Source of the DNA: Eledone cirrhosa
Taxonomy: Eukaryota
Direction of reading: 5' to 3'
Assembly: GCA_964016885.1 (NCBI GenBank)
Contig: OZ024750.1
Span: 7,626,001-7,690,000, forward strand
DNA length: 64,000 bases
The notes below the pieces were generated by a model. It searched no databases and was not told where the DNA came from. It saw only the letters and a list, made by a program, of their open reading frames with translations. The position numbers and the translations under genes were made by a program. Of the stretch, positions 49,602 to 63,125 are shown in pieces (positions within the stretch are counted from its first letter, which is position 1; every line of letters starts with the position of its first letter).

Positions 49602-52600
49602 ATATATAATTCTCTACAATTTATGTTCCAGCTTTGTTTAAAATGTAGACAAACCTATGAACAATTTTACTTCATTCTTAGTATCTTAATTTCAATTATT
49701 CAATATATTATAACAACCTCGTTATAGTCAGCTAGTACTTACTAAAATATGAATTAATTAGAAAACTGGAGAAGACATATGGATGAAAACTGGGTTGTAG
49801 GAAGGTGAAGCTCTGAGGATTATTAGTAGCTAGGTCATATTACAATTAGCAGTTTAAACTATGTTCCTCGTACCATATATTCTGTCTGCTTGCTAACTAA
49901 ACAAAATCTATTTTAGTACTATTTTGTGTTTCTTTAAACTCCATAATTTTAATCCATGCTTGCAGCAAACCGCCTACAGTTGAATTAAATAAGTGATTAA
50001 CGTTTTCTTGTCATGCAAAGTATTAATTAGACAAATATAAATCAATTCTGGCTTTGATTTTGGTCATTATTTTTAATTATTGTTCTTATATTTTGTGTAA
50101 TATGACTATTGGGTAGATTGAGCATTTACACTTCACTAGGGAATTTAGAGGAGAAATGATATTATCGACAAAAGGATAGGCAGTGATTATAAATTTGAGA
50201 AAGACACTCTTCTTATTTCTTAGAGGTTGGAACTCTGTGATCACAAATAATCCTGATGTTTCAGAGCTGAACTGGGGTTAAACAACAAAATGTATTTTAA
50301 TCTATTGTTGTTTTTGTATTGTTCATCACTACTTTGTATCTCATTGACCTATTTTTCCATACTCCATCCATCCTTTTACACCCGGATCAACGTTTATAAT
50401 CTTTTCCTAGCCATATCCTTTACACTAATTATTCTCGCGTATCTTTCACCCAACTATACCCTTCCAAATTTCTCTCACGTGTGTAATATTAATTTAATTT
50501 TCTAACTCACAATATTTTAGTTATCGAATGCGAAAGGATTAACGGCAAACTTGACAGCGGCAGGATTTGAACTCAGGAACATAGAGAACTAGAACCAATG
50601 CCGCATGTCACTCTACATACTTATCTACCTCCCTCAATATCACTTAGGCGACACCTATCTTTATTCAGAATTGTTATTTTCTATATAATATTACTTGCCA
50701 TATAACTGCATGTTTTTCATCACCCGTATCTCAATTTGGTTTTTAAACTGTCGCAGAGTTAGAATCTTTATAATTAGTTTATTTATAAAACTGCCACAAC
50801 TGCAATATGTTACATCGCATATTACACTTTAAATTTTCCTCATAATTTTGAATCATCTGTTTTCTGTTACCTTATGACATAGGATATAATATAACAAACA
50901 CATGTTCTCCCCGTTTCACCCATACCTGTCTATCACTGATATATTACACAATAAACTGTTTATTATATGAAATCATATATAAATTCAAATATTAATCTAA
51001 CATTTACAGTTTTCCCCTCAAAATTATATTTACACATAAACTTGCTTGGTGAAACGTTTAGCTACTTTGTAGAATGATTAACAATTTAGGCTCAAACTTT
51101 ACAAAGTAGGTACATGCGGTGCCCCAGTATGGCTCCAGCCTCTCGGCTGTAACACATAACAGAATGATAAAATTAGATTTAATCGAACCTAACAAATAAA
51201 GTACTTCATTTGTTTGAAGATAGATAAATTAAAGTGAATGTCAAATTCTGAGCCTTGAAAGATGTAAAGGTGGAGACCAAGACTCCTAATGTTCAGGAAC
51301 AAAACTAGATATATACTGCACAGTACCGTATCTGGACTTCATTACTCCTTTGTATTTTAGAATAAAGGCTAGAATTTAACATACATTTAGTTTGCTATAA
51401 AGAGTCAATAAATATGTATTTCTTTGTCGGATTGACTTCTAGTCTCCCCAGGTGTCTTTACCATTCTTACTTCCACAGTCGATTAATCTATTTGGGAAAG
51501 AAATATAACAATTCTAAATTGGCTTTCTGCCAAATAGAATAAAACATTATATTTGTTCTGAGTGTTCATGCACTTTTAAAATTGTATTTTTTTTTGTATT
51601 TCTATATTCTCTTCGTTTACTTTCAATGAAAAAGTTTTCTAACTGAAGAATAGTTCGCATCTTACTGCATAAAAAAAGACAAAAATGCAAAAAAAAAAAC
51701 CGAGATATGAATGAAATAAATATTTCTTCATTGAAATCTATGGAGCTCCGATGAGTTACACGCCAAACTGCGACACGATAGTGCATATCTTTACATTTCA
51801 TTTAATGCATTGAATATGAAGATATCAATTTATGTGTCCTCTTCTCTGAACAAGCTACAGGGCAGTTTTTGGTTGTCTTTCTTTTATGTTAATGATACTA
51901 GCCATCTTTTAGTGAACGAGGAAAACTTTTTATCTCATCTGGTACTTTGCCATGACTATCTCTACATACACCTTTCCTCTTTTTATCATTTTGTAATATG
52001 CAACGATCAATGCAGTTAAGTGCTTTGCTTGAGTCTAAATGTGAATCATTGATATTTCGATGTATTTTTCAAAGTGTTAATATTGGCATAGACACATTGG
52101 ATGAGTTATATCAGATAATTAACTTCGCAATGCTAAAGTAAAAGGACAGACAATTACTAAACCTGTACGAATGTTTGTGATGTACGTGTGTGATATCAAC
52201 ACACGCCATTTTGGAAACCCGTGCGGTAGAGGAAAAAACGATTTTCATAATGTGGCCTCTATTTACAGTGCTACAGTACTAGAACAGGTTCATATAAATA
52301 TATAAAGTTATATTTCAGAAATATTGTGTATATTTAATACATATATCATGTTTCTTTGTCCACAATATCTAAACTATTACATTTTAGTGTATGAAACAAC
52401 AGAAAAGTATTAGTGAAAGTATAAGATCGGTTGCATTTCGCTGTGAGGCAGTGTTGATTGAGGAATCATATTTATCGATAAGCACGTGTTGTGTAAACTA
52501 ATGTTCAATCAAAATAAAATAAATCCGGTGTTCAATATCATAAGTTTTTCAACCGGAAAGCATATATTTTGCTTCTTTATTCAGTCTCATTTTATCCTAT

Positions 52601-53015
52601 ATCGATTGAACATCTTGCAATCAATATATCGAGGGGTACATAGTTAATATCGAAACTCTGTTGTAAACAAGTCTGAAGAGCAATCGGGCTTGAGTCGGGT
52701 CTATAGCATTAATATAGACACTGAGCCACCTCTCTGTGAAACAGTCGTAACTATTATAATCAATAAAGACCTTAATGTAAAACCTCGCTTTGTTTTCAAT
52801 ATATATATATATCACCTTCTGATTATTGGTGGAATTCTATAAGAATCCAGCCTCTATAATTTTCGGCGGAAGCAGGGGTTGCGTGGCTGTTAGCTACTCT
52901 CCATTCTTGCGCCGAAAAAAAGTGACGCAGTTACTACTTTAAAACCGATAGCGTATGGTCTTCTAAATGTTTTTAATTAAACATACGGTATATTACCAAA
53001 TATACTATACATACA

Positions 53016-53053
<38 letters not shown>

Positions 53054-53303
53054 GTCTATATGTGTGAATATGTATGCATTAATATATAACAAAGAAGGTG
53101 TGGTAAGACACCAGGTGGACCATAACGCACCAGAGTACTCGATACTAAGGATAGTAGAGTGGGTAATAGGAAAAGAGTCAGGACCCCGACGGCTGAGCTC
53201 TGGCTGTTTCGACAGCTAGATCCGAACACATATGTATTAATATATATATATATATATATATGCATACATATGCTTATGTATATACATAGATACATACCGA
53301 TAC

Positions 53304-53340
<37 letters not shown>

Positions 53341-53343
<3 letters not shown>

Positions 53344-54238
53344 GTTCCTACTTTTGGCACAAGGCCAGCAATTATCCCAGTGCATTACTGGTACTTTATT
53401 TTATCGACCCCGTAAGGATGAAAGGCAAAGTTAACCTCGGCGGGATTTGAACTCAGACCGCAAAGGGATGTAACTCCATGCTACAAAGCATGGCGTCGGA
53501 CCCTCTACCGATACTGCCAATCCGAGTCTGACCTCAACCGATACTGCCACGGAGTCGTGGATACTTTTACGTGATATTGACAAATAAGGATATAAAAATC
53601 CAAGTCGTATTTCTATTTATTCATATTAGTTCTTTCTGCTTTAATGTGCTTAAATGAAAATCCAAATTTAAGTTTATGGCAATATGTGGTGTTTGCTAAC
53701 CTCGGCGGGATTTGAACTCAGATCATAAAGGGCTGCAAAGTATAACGTCCGACCCTCTACCGATGCTGCCAATCCATATCCGCATAAACTCATCCCAACT
53801 CAAACGCGTATACAAAGACACACACACGAACATGTTCACATAAGCACACACAAACAATACAAAATATTTACAGACACCCACGTGTATATATATACACACA
53901 CGCACAGTGGTGTTTGCTTTGAAAAGCACTGTCATGAAATTCTACAAGTGCGGAGTGAAACCTTCGTGTTTATTTATGCGAAGAAAATACATCACAATCA
54001 TTGTTCCATGGATGGTCATTAATAATCAAATGAAGATATATTATATACAAGGGCTGTGGATTGGCAGTATCAGTAGAGGGTCGGACGCTATGCTTTGACG
54101 CATAGTTAGAGCCCTTGCCATTCTGAGTTCAAATCCGACCGAGGTTAACTTTGCCTTTCATCCTTTCGGGGTCGATAAGATAAAGTACCAGTAATACACT
54201 GAGGTAATTGCTGGACTTGTGCCAAAAGTAGAAATAAT
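53341..54238. mobile_element. Cluster of family A SINEs (minus 53341-53523, minus partial 53696-53775, plus 54050-54238)
   Basis: A/B boxes and family body in both orientations. Confidence 0.85.
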
Positions 54239-54296
54239 TATATATTGGATGGATATTAATACATTATACACATTGAAAAAACTACAATCTTAACAT

Positions 54297-54582
54297 ATGA
54301 GTCGACTGAAAAGTTTATAGGCTGACTATGTTACTCTAATAGAATGACCAAATGAGGTTTATTTTTCAACGTGGTCGCTGGATTTATTTATATTAGTTCT
54401 TTCTGCTTTAATGTGATTAAATCATAGTCCAAATTTAATAGTTGTGGCTATATATGGTGTTAGTCCCTAGAAAGAAACCATGCAGATATTAATTAGAAGA
54501 GGTGAAAGTAATGCATGTAAAATTTCGCAGCTTTAGTATCACTCCTTCCTGATCAGCCTATGAGCGTTTAACCACACCCTCG
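54297..54582. mobile_element. Degenerate mariner-type MITE
   Basis: Left ATGAGTCGACTGAAAAGTTTATAGGCTGA versus reverse-complemented right end CGAGGGTGTGGTTAAACGCTCATAGGCTGA. Confidence 0.5.
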
Positions 54583-56640
54583 CACAACGCTGTGTACCTT
54601 ACATAGATTCAATTCATTTCCCAGTGTAATACTCATTACAAAGCATATTGAAACAGATGAAAACATATATGACAATACCTCGCTTGGGAAATACATGAGA
54701 GAGTTGCTCTCAACAACATATCGGAGAGGAATGGGAATATATGCCAATCATTAGCAGAGATTTTATTTCGTGGTCGTTGATTTCGGCTACAGATCTCCTA
54801 CACACCTCGTACACAAAATCGAGTTGAAAGCATCACGCCAGTGGGAAGAAGTCTTCGTGGAATGGCTGATGCAGTTGGAGATTTCTTGTAATCTCTCGTT
54901 TTGTCATGCATATTTAAAAAATAAAAATTTGCATTTATATGCACGATTTCTATTAAGATTAGACATTGATTCAAAAGTACAGAATAGAGCTGGTATTGAA
55001 ATTTCATAGAGATATTATTTAAGTTGTGATAAGCTTTCTATAATAAGATTAAGATTAATGGTACGTGTCTCGGTTACCTGGACGTGGATAATAACTTGCT
55101 AGTAAAATCAGATTTTTGGTAAAACATGATACTAAAGGGAATGTATTTGATAAAAGATGTGAAAAAGTTTCCTTTCAGTATTCTTTTCACTATATATTCA
55201 GAGGAGTTAGAAAATGGTTCATGACAATTTTAGGGCCTTGGAGACAGATGTCAAGAGAGAATGAAGGTATCCGTAAACCATAGACATAATCTGAATGCTT
55301 TCAAGAGAGTTCACCTCGCTAGGGCCCCCAACGTACGAATAAGTCTACCACTAAAAAAATTAATTGGTCAACGCCAGAAGAAGAAAGGATTATGGTGCAT
55401 TAATTAGGTTTCAGTAATTATACGTTGTTTTATTGATTCATGATAACATTTTGATTCCTTGAATCGATTTGAATTCAGTTTCAAGATGGTGGATAGAATT
55501 TTGAGACGCAATATATCTCCAAGCGTTGTTGCTTGAGCTTGAAGGAACAATCTGACAATTGTCTATCTGTAAATAAGACTTTATGCATTTTGCTGAATCT
55601 TTTGGCGTAAGTTGCGAGTAGAACATTTTCCGATCAAGAGTTTTCCATTTTTATTAGATTTATCGACCCTTACGTTCTACAACACTTACATGTATCTTCT
55701 TTAATTTTCGTATAAATGATGTATATACACCCTCGTGAGCAGAGAGATAAAATCCCCTTTGTTGTAACCACTTGTCAAATTTACCAGGATAAAGTGATAT
55801 AAAGTATCTTCCTCTAAGAGATATCGAACCCACGATCTTACAACTGTGACCCCAACACCCTTACCCATTAGTTACAGTGCCATCACACGCACACATACAC
55901 AGCATATACAAAGATATATAGATAGATATGGAACCTTCTCTTAATGACTGAACCCACTGCTATTATGGGAACAAAAGCCTTTTATATATAGCATAAAAAT
56001 AATTTATAAGAGTAAATATAAAAGACATCTTAACAAGTAAGCCAATCATTGTCTCTCTTGATATTACAACTCTCTCTTATCTCTCTTATTAACTCTCTCT
56101 TATCTCTCTTATTAACTATCAATTTCCTCCCCTTAGATTTACCTAATGTTCGCTCTATATTTTAGTATCTTTCAAGATTTTGTTCCCAATCCTGTTATTT
56201 ACATGTTCGTTCATATTATATATATTCTCTTGTTTACTCCCTTTTCTCTCTCCTCTAAATTACTCCCACTTCTCCTCATCCTCTTGTGTACTATTCCTTC
56301 CTTCGTTTCAGTTCCTCTCCTTCACTTTCTTAATTGATCATAACTTAACTTCTATCTTTACTCACCCCCTTTCTCCTCTATAGGGGTCGATCAAATAAAG
56401 TACCAGTAATACACTGAGATAATTGCTGGCCTTGTGCCAAAAGTAGAAACAATTATGTTATTATAATGATGATTTTTTAATCTAAATAATGATTTTTCCT
56501 ATTCAATAATATTGATTATCAACACTCAGACACAGAAAACAAATACCTGTAGCAATGTTGAGCTATTTTTACAGTTATTTACGCCAGATGGATGACTCAG
56601 CGTCACAGGTATTTGAGCGTATATTCATTTCACTGAATAC

Positions 56641-56829
56641 TTGTTTCTACTTTAGGCACAAGGCCAGCAATTATCCCAGTGCATTACTGGTACTTTATTT
56701 TATCGACCCCGTAAGGATGAAAGGCAAAGTTAACCTCGGCGGGATTTGAACTCAGACTGTAAAGAGCCGTAACTCAATTTTGCAAAGCATGGCGTCCGAC
56801 ACTCTTCTGATACTGTCAATCCACCGCCC
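56641..56829 (-). mobile_element. SINE family A, full length, with ~17-bp TSD; further fragments at 56382-56455 (+) and 56915-57078 (-)
   Basis: TSD TTCATTTCACT(G/A)AATAC on both sides. Confidence 0.88.
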
Positions 56830-57420
56830 TTCATTTCACTAAATACGACAAAGCAATTTGTCCGTCGCTCTACTGATTCTGCCACTTACAAAAATGATAG
56901 CAATAATAATTTCTGATTCAGACACAAGGGGAAGGGAAAATCGATTAAATCGACCCCACTGTATTACTGCTGCTTTATTTATCGACACTGTAAGGAGAAA
57001 TTTGAACTCAGAACGTAAAGCGCCGTAACACGATGCTGCAAAGGATAGTGTCTGATGCTCTACCGATATTGCCAATCCAATAACAATTATATTTAGCATG
57101 CCAAAGGTATCACATGTTTGTCGAAGGGTGACTCAATTATATTGACACCACTACTTGAACGCTACATTATTTTATTGGCTCAAAAAGGATGGAAGGGAAT
57201 TTGACCACAAAACGTAAAGAGATGTAACTAAATATCGCTTTCTAACATAAACACACATCTCCAATACTTTGGAGAGGAGTTTATTCAACTATATCTACCT
57301 CAGTTATTAACTTCTATTGTATTTACATTTGAAATAAATTTGAAAGAGCTGGAAGAAATGCCGCAAGGTATTATCTCTGACGCTCTAACGTTCCTGTCTA
57401 TTCATCCTCCTTAAAATATA

Positions 57421-57695
57421 GTGATGAAGATGATGATGATGATGATAACAATGATGATAATGACAATAATAATACAAAAACAATATCAAAACACTGTACA
57501 TAGCCAAGGTGTGCCGAGCTTCTCTCGGTAGCTCCGTTAAAAGTCTAATAATGATGATGATGAAGATTCTCACCCTCTTTACTATCATCATCGTCATCAT
57601 CTTTTCATCATCATTGTTTCATCATCTTCATCATTGTTTCATCATTATCATCATCATTGTTTCATCATCATTTCATCATCATCATCATTGTTTCA
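57421..57695. repeat. Degenerate (GAT)n/(CAT)n trinucleotide tracts
   Basis: Visible repeats that explain the poly-His/Ile/Met ORFs. Confidence 0.85.
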
Positions 57696-59045
57696 CCAGT
57701 TAGAATATACACCGATGTTTTTGGATTTCGTGAAGGTTGTTTCTAAGCATAAGGATTCTCTTCTAATAAATATGTAAGCAATATATTAACTCGTAGAGAA
57801 ATATACAATCTAAATTTATCATTACTAAGAATCTTAATGTATCAACGACATTATGTTCACATCTTTACAAATATATTCTAGCATTTTATTATAATTATAC
57901 ATCATTAAGGTATCGTATTTTCCGGATATTATCTCATAGATAACTTTTACTATACAATACAATACCAAACCATTGCAAATATCAAAGTTAGAAAGCAAGA
58001 TGACTGAATTTGATTTCATGCTGGTTTTCTACTTTACTGAAGAGGTAAGATGATTACATGATATCCAGTTGGCTTAGTAATGTAATTCAATTAGACATAA
58101 ATAAATCAAATACATGTGATGGTTCAATTCCATTCGCTACTTAATTATAATTTTTCTTCATTTTTAATATATTCATATAAAGATCAATTCAAGTCATAGC
58201 ACTGAATTGCCCTTTTGATGGGAATTTTGTGAAAAGTGAAACCTTTTCATGGTTTAAAGTAATTTCCTTAATTTAACACGCAGTCATTTTTAATAGAAAA
58301 TCAATTTAAAATAAAGTGGTTTACTGACTTTGACTTTTTGAATTGAACTTGTGATAGGTTTTGAAATGGGCTGCCTCGGTGGATCAATACATTTTGTTAT
58401 TTTCAAGATAACAGTGAAAACTGTCATGTTATTGATCTGTTTCATTATTACTATGAATCTGGTTCAACGAAGGCTGTTAGAATATGGTAACATTAAAATA
58501 TTATGCGCCTCATACAATCAACATGCAATTCGTTTCATCTGAAAAACTGAATATCGATTTCGATTTAAGCTACATACCACTAGCGTCATAAACGTCTCTT
58601 TGCGAGAATATAGAGACGTAAGCCAACAGAGTTTGGACAATATTGATAACTTTTATAATCTAAATAGATGATAAATACAGAGGGGATATGATACCAATTT
58701 GAAATACACAAGCTGTCACTGTCTAATGTATTTCTTATGAAACATATCAGACCAGGAATTATAAATAGTAGGAAACTTCATATCAATAATTGTATCAATT
58801 TTTGATATATATAAATTCCGAAATAAATTAGATCTAGAATGCGATTTCCCTAGTCAGGAATTACTATCATAGTCATAGTCATATTTTCAGTTTATATAAA
58901 ATATTATTACATGTTTTACCACCAAACATTTACTACAATATACTAAATTCAATATCAATTGAAACGTCAAGAGCAGTCCATGTAATTAACATGACGAAAC
59001 TATTGGCTAATTCATTGCTGACGCCGCATTCTTTACAAAATCAGA

Positions 59046-59071
<26 letters not shown>

Positions 59072-59079
<8 letters not shown>

Positions 59080-59293
59080 TTAGAAATATAAGCTTTCACC
59101 GTATTTTGACTAAAGACATTTTAGCTCGATAGTGGGGTTTATAACCCTCAGAGAAATGGAAAAAGATGAGTATTGACGTACATGAACGTCAATACTCATC
59201 TTTTTCCATTTCTCTGAGGGTTATAAACCCCACTATCGAGCTAAAATTTCTTTAGTCAAAATACGGTGAAAGCTTATATTTCTAATTTCTAAT
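59072..59293. repeat. 222-bp near-perfect palindrome (111-bp arms, no spacer)
   Basis: Centre CATG at 59181-59184; I found two mismatched pairs by manual comparison. Confidence 0.93.
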
Positions 59294-59341
59294 TTCAAAC
59301 TAGCTCACTGTTTCAAAAACATACTTACTTGTTGATAGAAG

Positions 59342-59392
59342 AGCTTCTACTAGACTAGAACTGTTTCATTCTTGAGAAATCTTCAGGAAGCT
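59342..59392 (-). ncRNA. Type I hammerhead ribozyme motif in a Penelope-like inverted terminal repeat
   Basis: Minus strand: AGCTTC-CTGAAGA-T-TTC-TCAA-GAA-T-GAAAC-AGTTCTAGTCTA-GTA-GAAGCT; perfect 6-bp stem I, intact CUGANGA/GAAA core, GUA cleavage triplet. Confidence 0.72.
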
Positions 59393-59579
59393 CTGAACGA
59401 AACAGTTCTAGTCCTGTAGAAGCTCTTCTATATTAAATATTTATACTCCGCTTTGTATTGAGTACCTTACTTTCTGTGGTTACCCCCCGATTGAACCCGG
59501 GATGAACTTATATATATATATTTGTTTCTGTTATTATTTCTAGCAATATTATTACAACAATATGATCCTCCCCAAGTAT

Positions 59580-62384
59580 ATATATATTCTAATATATATT
59601 TGTGAAATGGGTGGTGGTTGAAATTAAGTTTTGCACGGTTAAATGGTAGTAGACGTGGTCGGACGGACATGAACATTTACACACCTATGTAAAAAGTGCC
59701 AAGGAAGTAAATAGACGAGGTTTCAAATCTCTAACTTGAAAAATGTGGTCCCTAGGGCCCTAAAACGGTCTATTTACTATCGCTTTCGGTGAGTTATTTT
59801 CCCCTGTTCTAATACTTGGATGAGTTATTTTCCCTAGTCGCTTTCAATATTCATTGTCTTATTTACAATTTCATACACATTTTTAAACTCATCAATTTTT
59901 TCATAACATATCAAACACAACGTTCTTTCGCTGTTATCATACAGTACTGTTTTATGAAATCGATTCTGCAGTACCATTTTACGAAATGCCAAACCGAAAA
60001 CGGTCACTGTTTTCCATCAAAAGAAATAAAAGCCTTAAATTGCGAAGGGAGGCGTGTTCTCAGGTACGTTTTTTCCGATATCATTTTTATTTTAATTCTA
60101 ATACATGTTAACCACCACTAACAGTAAGTAGTACTTTTCAAAGTCAAATGAAAAGTTTAAAGAATACATGCATGTAAAACCTTTGGGTTGCCGAGTTAAT
60201 TCATTCTGTTTTTTTTTTAAATATTCTTTGTAAACATAATGAATGGGATCTATAAGTCGTTCGGTTGCCGAGTTAATTAATTCAGTTTTTTTTTAAATAT
60301 TCATTGTCTTATTTAAAATAACATATCAAAGACAATGTTATTTCGCTGTTAATAAACTGTTGCCTTCTACAGTACGTTTCATTTTCATTTTTCAATTACA
60401 GTTGCTCTATATTAAATTTAAATATTTCTATAACGATCATACAGTACCGTTTTATGAAATCGATTCTGCAGTAGAATTTTACGAAATGGCAAACCGAAAA
60501 ATGTCAGTTTTCTAACAAAAGAAATAAAACCCTTACATTGCGAACCCCCTGTTCTAATAAGGACAGCATGTCAGAGGACATCCTGCGTAGAGTACGAGCA
60601 AGGACACCAGCGGCTGACTTTCATTACAACGCCAATGTATACAATGAGGCCCTCATTGACGTCTAAGATCTGTTGGAGTTGGCGGTGTATTAGAATTCGG
60701 TTTGCCACAACCTGTACATAAAGACGGTGCTTTAGATGTGGTGTTCATGCTTGAGTTGAATTACAACATCGAGGAATTGACAGATAAGGTTGCTCAAGAT
60801 GAACCCAGACTTTTGCCTGAGCAGAGACGGGCGTATGACAGAATTCTTGCCAGTGTCATTTCAAATGAGGGACGGCTATTCTTCTTGGATGCTCCAGGCG
60901 GAACAGGAAAAACCTTTCTCATGAACCTACTGCTTGTGAAGCTGCGGAAAGACAGGCAGATTGCTTTAGCGGTCTCCTCAAGTGGTATTGCGGCGACACT
61001 GTTACATGGCGATCGTACGGCACACTCCGCATTCCAATTGCCTATGGACCTTGCAAAGAAGGAGAATCCTACTTGCAGAATAAATCGTGGTGACTCTAAA
61101 GGATACCTTCTTTCTGAGTGCTGTTTAATCATTTGGGACGAGGCTACAATGAGTCACAAGGCAGCGTTTGAGGCTCTAGACCGAACTCTCAAGGACTTGC
61201 GTCGAAATTCACACGTAATGGGTGGAGCGACAGTACTGATGGCTGGCGATTTTCGGCAGACTCTTCCTGTAATCACTAGAGGCACGAGAGCTGACGAAGT
61301 TAACGCATGCATCAAGTCTTCCTACCTATGGCAGTATGTCCAGAAACTAAACCTGACTACTAACATGAGAGGGCATGTGCATGGCGACGCAGAATCTGAG
61401 AATTTCTCAAAACAGCTACTGGAAGTTGGTAATGGAACTACACCTGGAATTGATGAACAGCACATCCGTCTGCCGTTTGGAAACTTTGTATGAAATATAG
61501 AGGAATTAATGTCATCTGTTTTCCCAGACCTCGAAGCACGATTCCTTGATCACAACTGGCTACAAGGGAGAGCTATTTTAGCACCACATAATGCCACCGT
61601 TGACGCAATGAATCAACACCTGCTTGATCAGATTCCAGGAGGTGAAGTCTCCTTCAAGTCAATTGACACCAATAAAAACGCGGATGACGCCGTCAACTAT
61701 CCGATTGAATTCCTCAACAGTCAACAACCTTCCGGACTTCCACCTCATAACCTTAGACTGAAGGTTAGTGTTCCAGTTATGCTGCTAAGAAACGTGGAAC
61801 CACCAGAACTATGCAACGGGACGCGTCTGATCATCAAAAATATTGGGACACGAATTCTTACGACAAAAATTTTGAGCGGACCGTCTGCTGGCGGGACAAA
61901 GTTATTATCCCCCATAAGCCTTAGTCCCTATGACGTCCCATTTGATTTTACGAGACGGCAGTTTCCCGTAAAACTCTGCTTTGCAATGAGTATCAACAAG
62001 GCACAGGGACTGTCGCTGCAAGTAGTTGGCCTAAATCTGACACAGCAGGTATTTACCCACGGTCAACTTTACGTCGGGTGCTCACGCGTCAGCAGTCCAC
62101 AAAATCTCTACATTTGTGGTAATCCGGGTAATACCAGGAATGTTGTCTACAAAGAAGCACTGCAACAACACCTTTGAAGCTTCCGCCATTCCTCTTCCGT
62201 CGCCACTCAACGTCTCTCAACGCTTTTCACGTCGCTCCACTTCTCATTGTACGCCGTCCAACCTCAAGTGCATATTTCTTTTTTTTTTCCTGATACCGCT
62301 TCTTTATAATAAACTTTCAATAATATTTTTCAAATTATTAACTTAATAAAAAGTGGCCTCGGGTGCAACCGGGCTCAGCTGCTA

Positions 62385-62385
<1 letters not shown>
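59580..62385 (+). mobile_element. Internally deleted (Rep-less) Helitron
   Basis: Helitron-type PIF1 helicase; 3' hairpin CTCGG-GTGCAA-CCGGG then CTAG|T at 62382-62386; the 5' end (TCTAATATATATTTGTGAAA, ~59588) is approximate; internal direct repeats at 59936-60045 and 60437-60544. Confidence 0.82.
60558..62177 (+). pseudogene. Helitron PIF1-family (SF1B) DNA helicase, disrupted
   Basis: FFLDAPGGTGKT (Walker A), SSGIAATLL, IIWDEATM, AGDFRQTLPV, LTTNMR, LCNGTRL, RRQFPVKLCFAMSINKAQG, FTHGQLYVGCSRV. The two listed ORFs are in the same frame, split by TGA at 61491-61493; the upstream KDSMSEDIL..YNEAL segment is cut by a stop and frameshift. Confidence 0.92.
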
Positions 62386-62431
<46 letters not shown>

Positions 62432-62502
62432 AGCGAGTTGACAACTATAATATTCATTAATATACTGACGTCACCGTAGACACTGAGAAGTGATGTAATA
62501 TT

Positions 62503-62872
62503 GGTTTCTTATATAAGCACAAGGCCATCAATTGTGGGGGTGGGGAAAGTCGATTAAATCAGCCTCAGTGCGTGACTGGCACTTTATTTTATCGAACCCG
62601 TAAGCATGAAAGGCAAAGTTAACCTCGGCAAGATTCGAACTCAGATCATAAAGGGCCGTAACTCAATGCTGCAAAGCATGGCTTCCGACCCTCTACCGAT
62701 ACTGCTAATCTAGCAACAATAATAATTGTTTCTACTTTAGGCACAAGGCCAGCAATTACCCAGTACATTACTGGTACTTTATTTTATCGACCCCGTAAGG
62801 ATGAAAGGCAAAGTTAACCTCGGCGGGATTTGAACTCAGACTGTAAAGGGACGTAACTATGCTAGAAAGCAT
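62503..62872 (-). mobile_element. Tandem family A SINE dimer
   Basis: Long-tail copy adjacent to a short-tail copy. Confidence 0.85.
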
Positions 62873-62959
62873 GATAGAAATGATGTAATATTAATATGAA
62901 TTTTAATAGAAGTCGTTCTCAATCGGAAACCCATAATGTTTCAATACTGTGTATGCACG

Positions 62960-63125
<166 letters not shown>

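Noticed and set aside
60794-61132. 112-aa minus-strand ORF
   Set aside because: It is the antisense shadow of the PIF1 helicase frame.
61491-61493. TGA as selenocysteine or programmed readthrough in the helicase
   Set aside because: Another stop and a frameshift upstream, plus motif decay, fit an ordinary nonsense mutation; no SECIS element was recognised.
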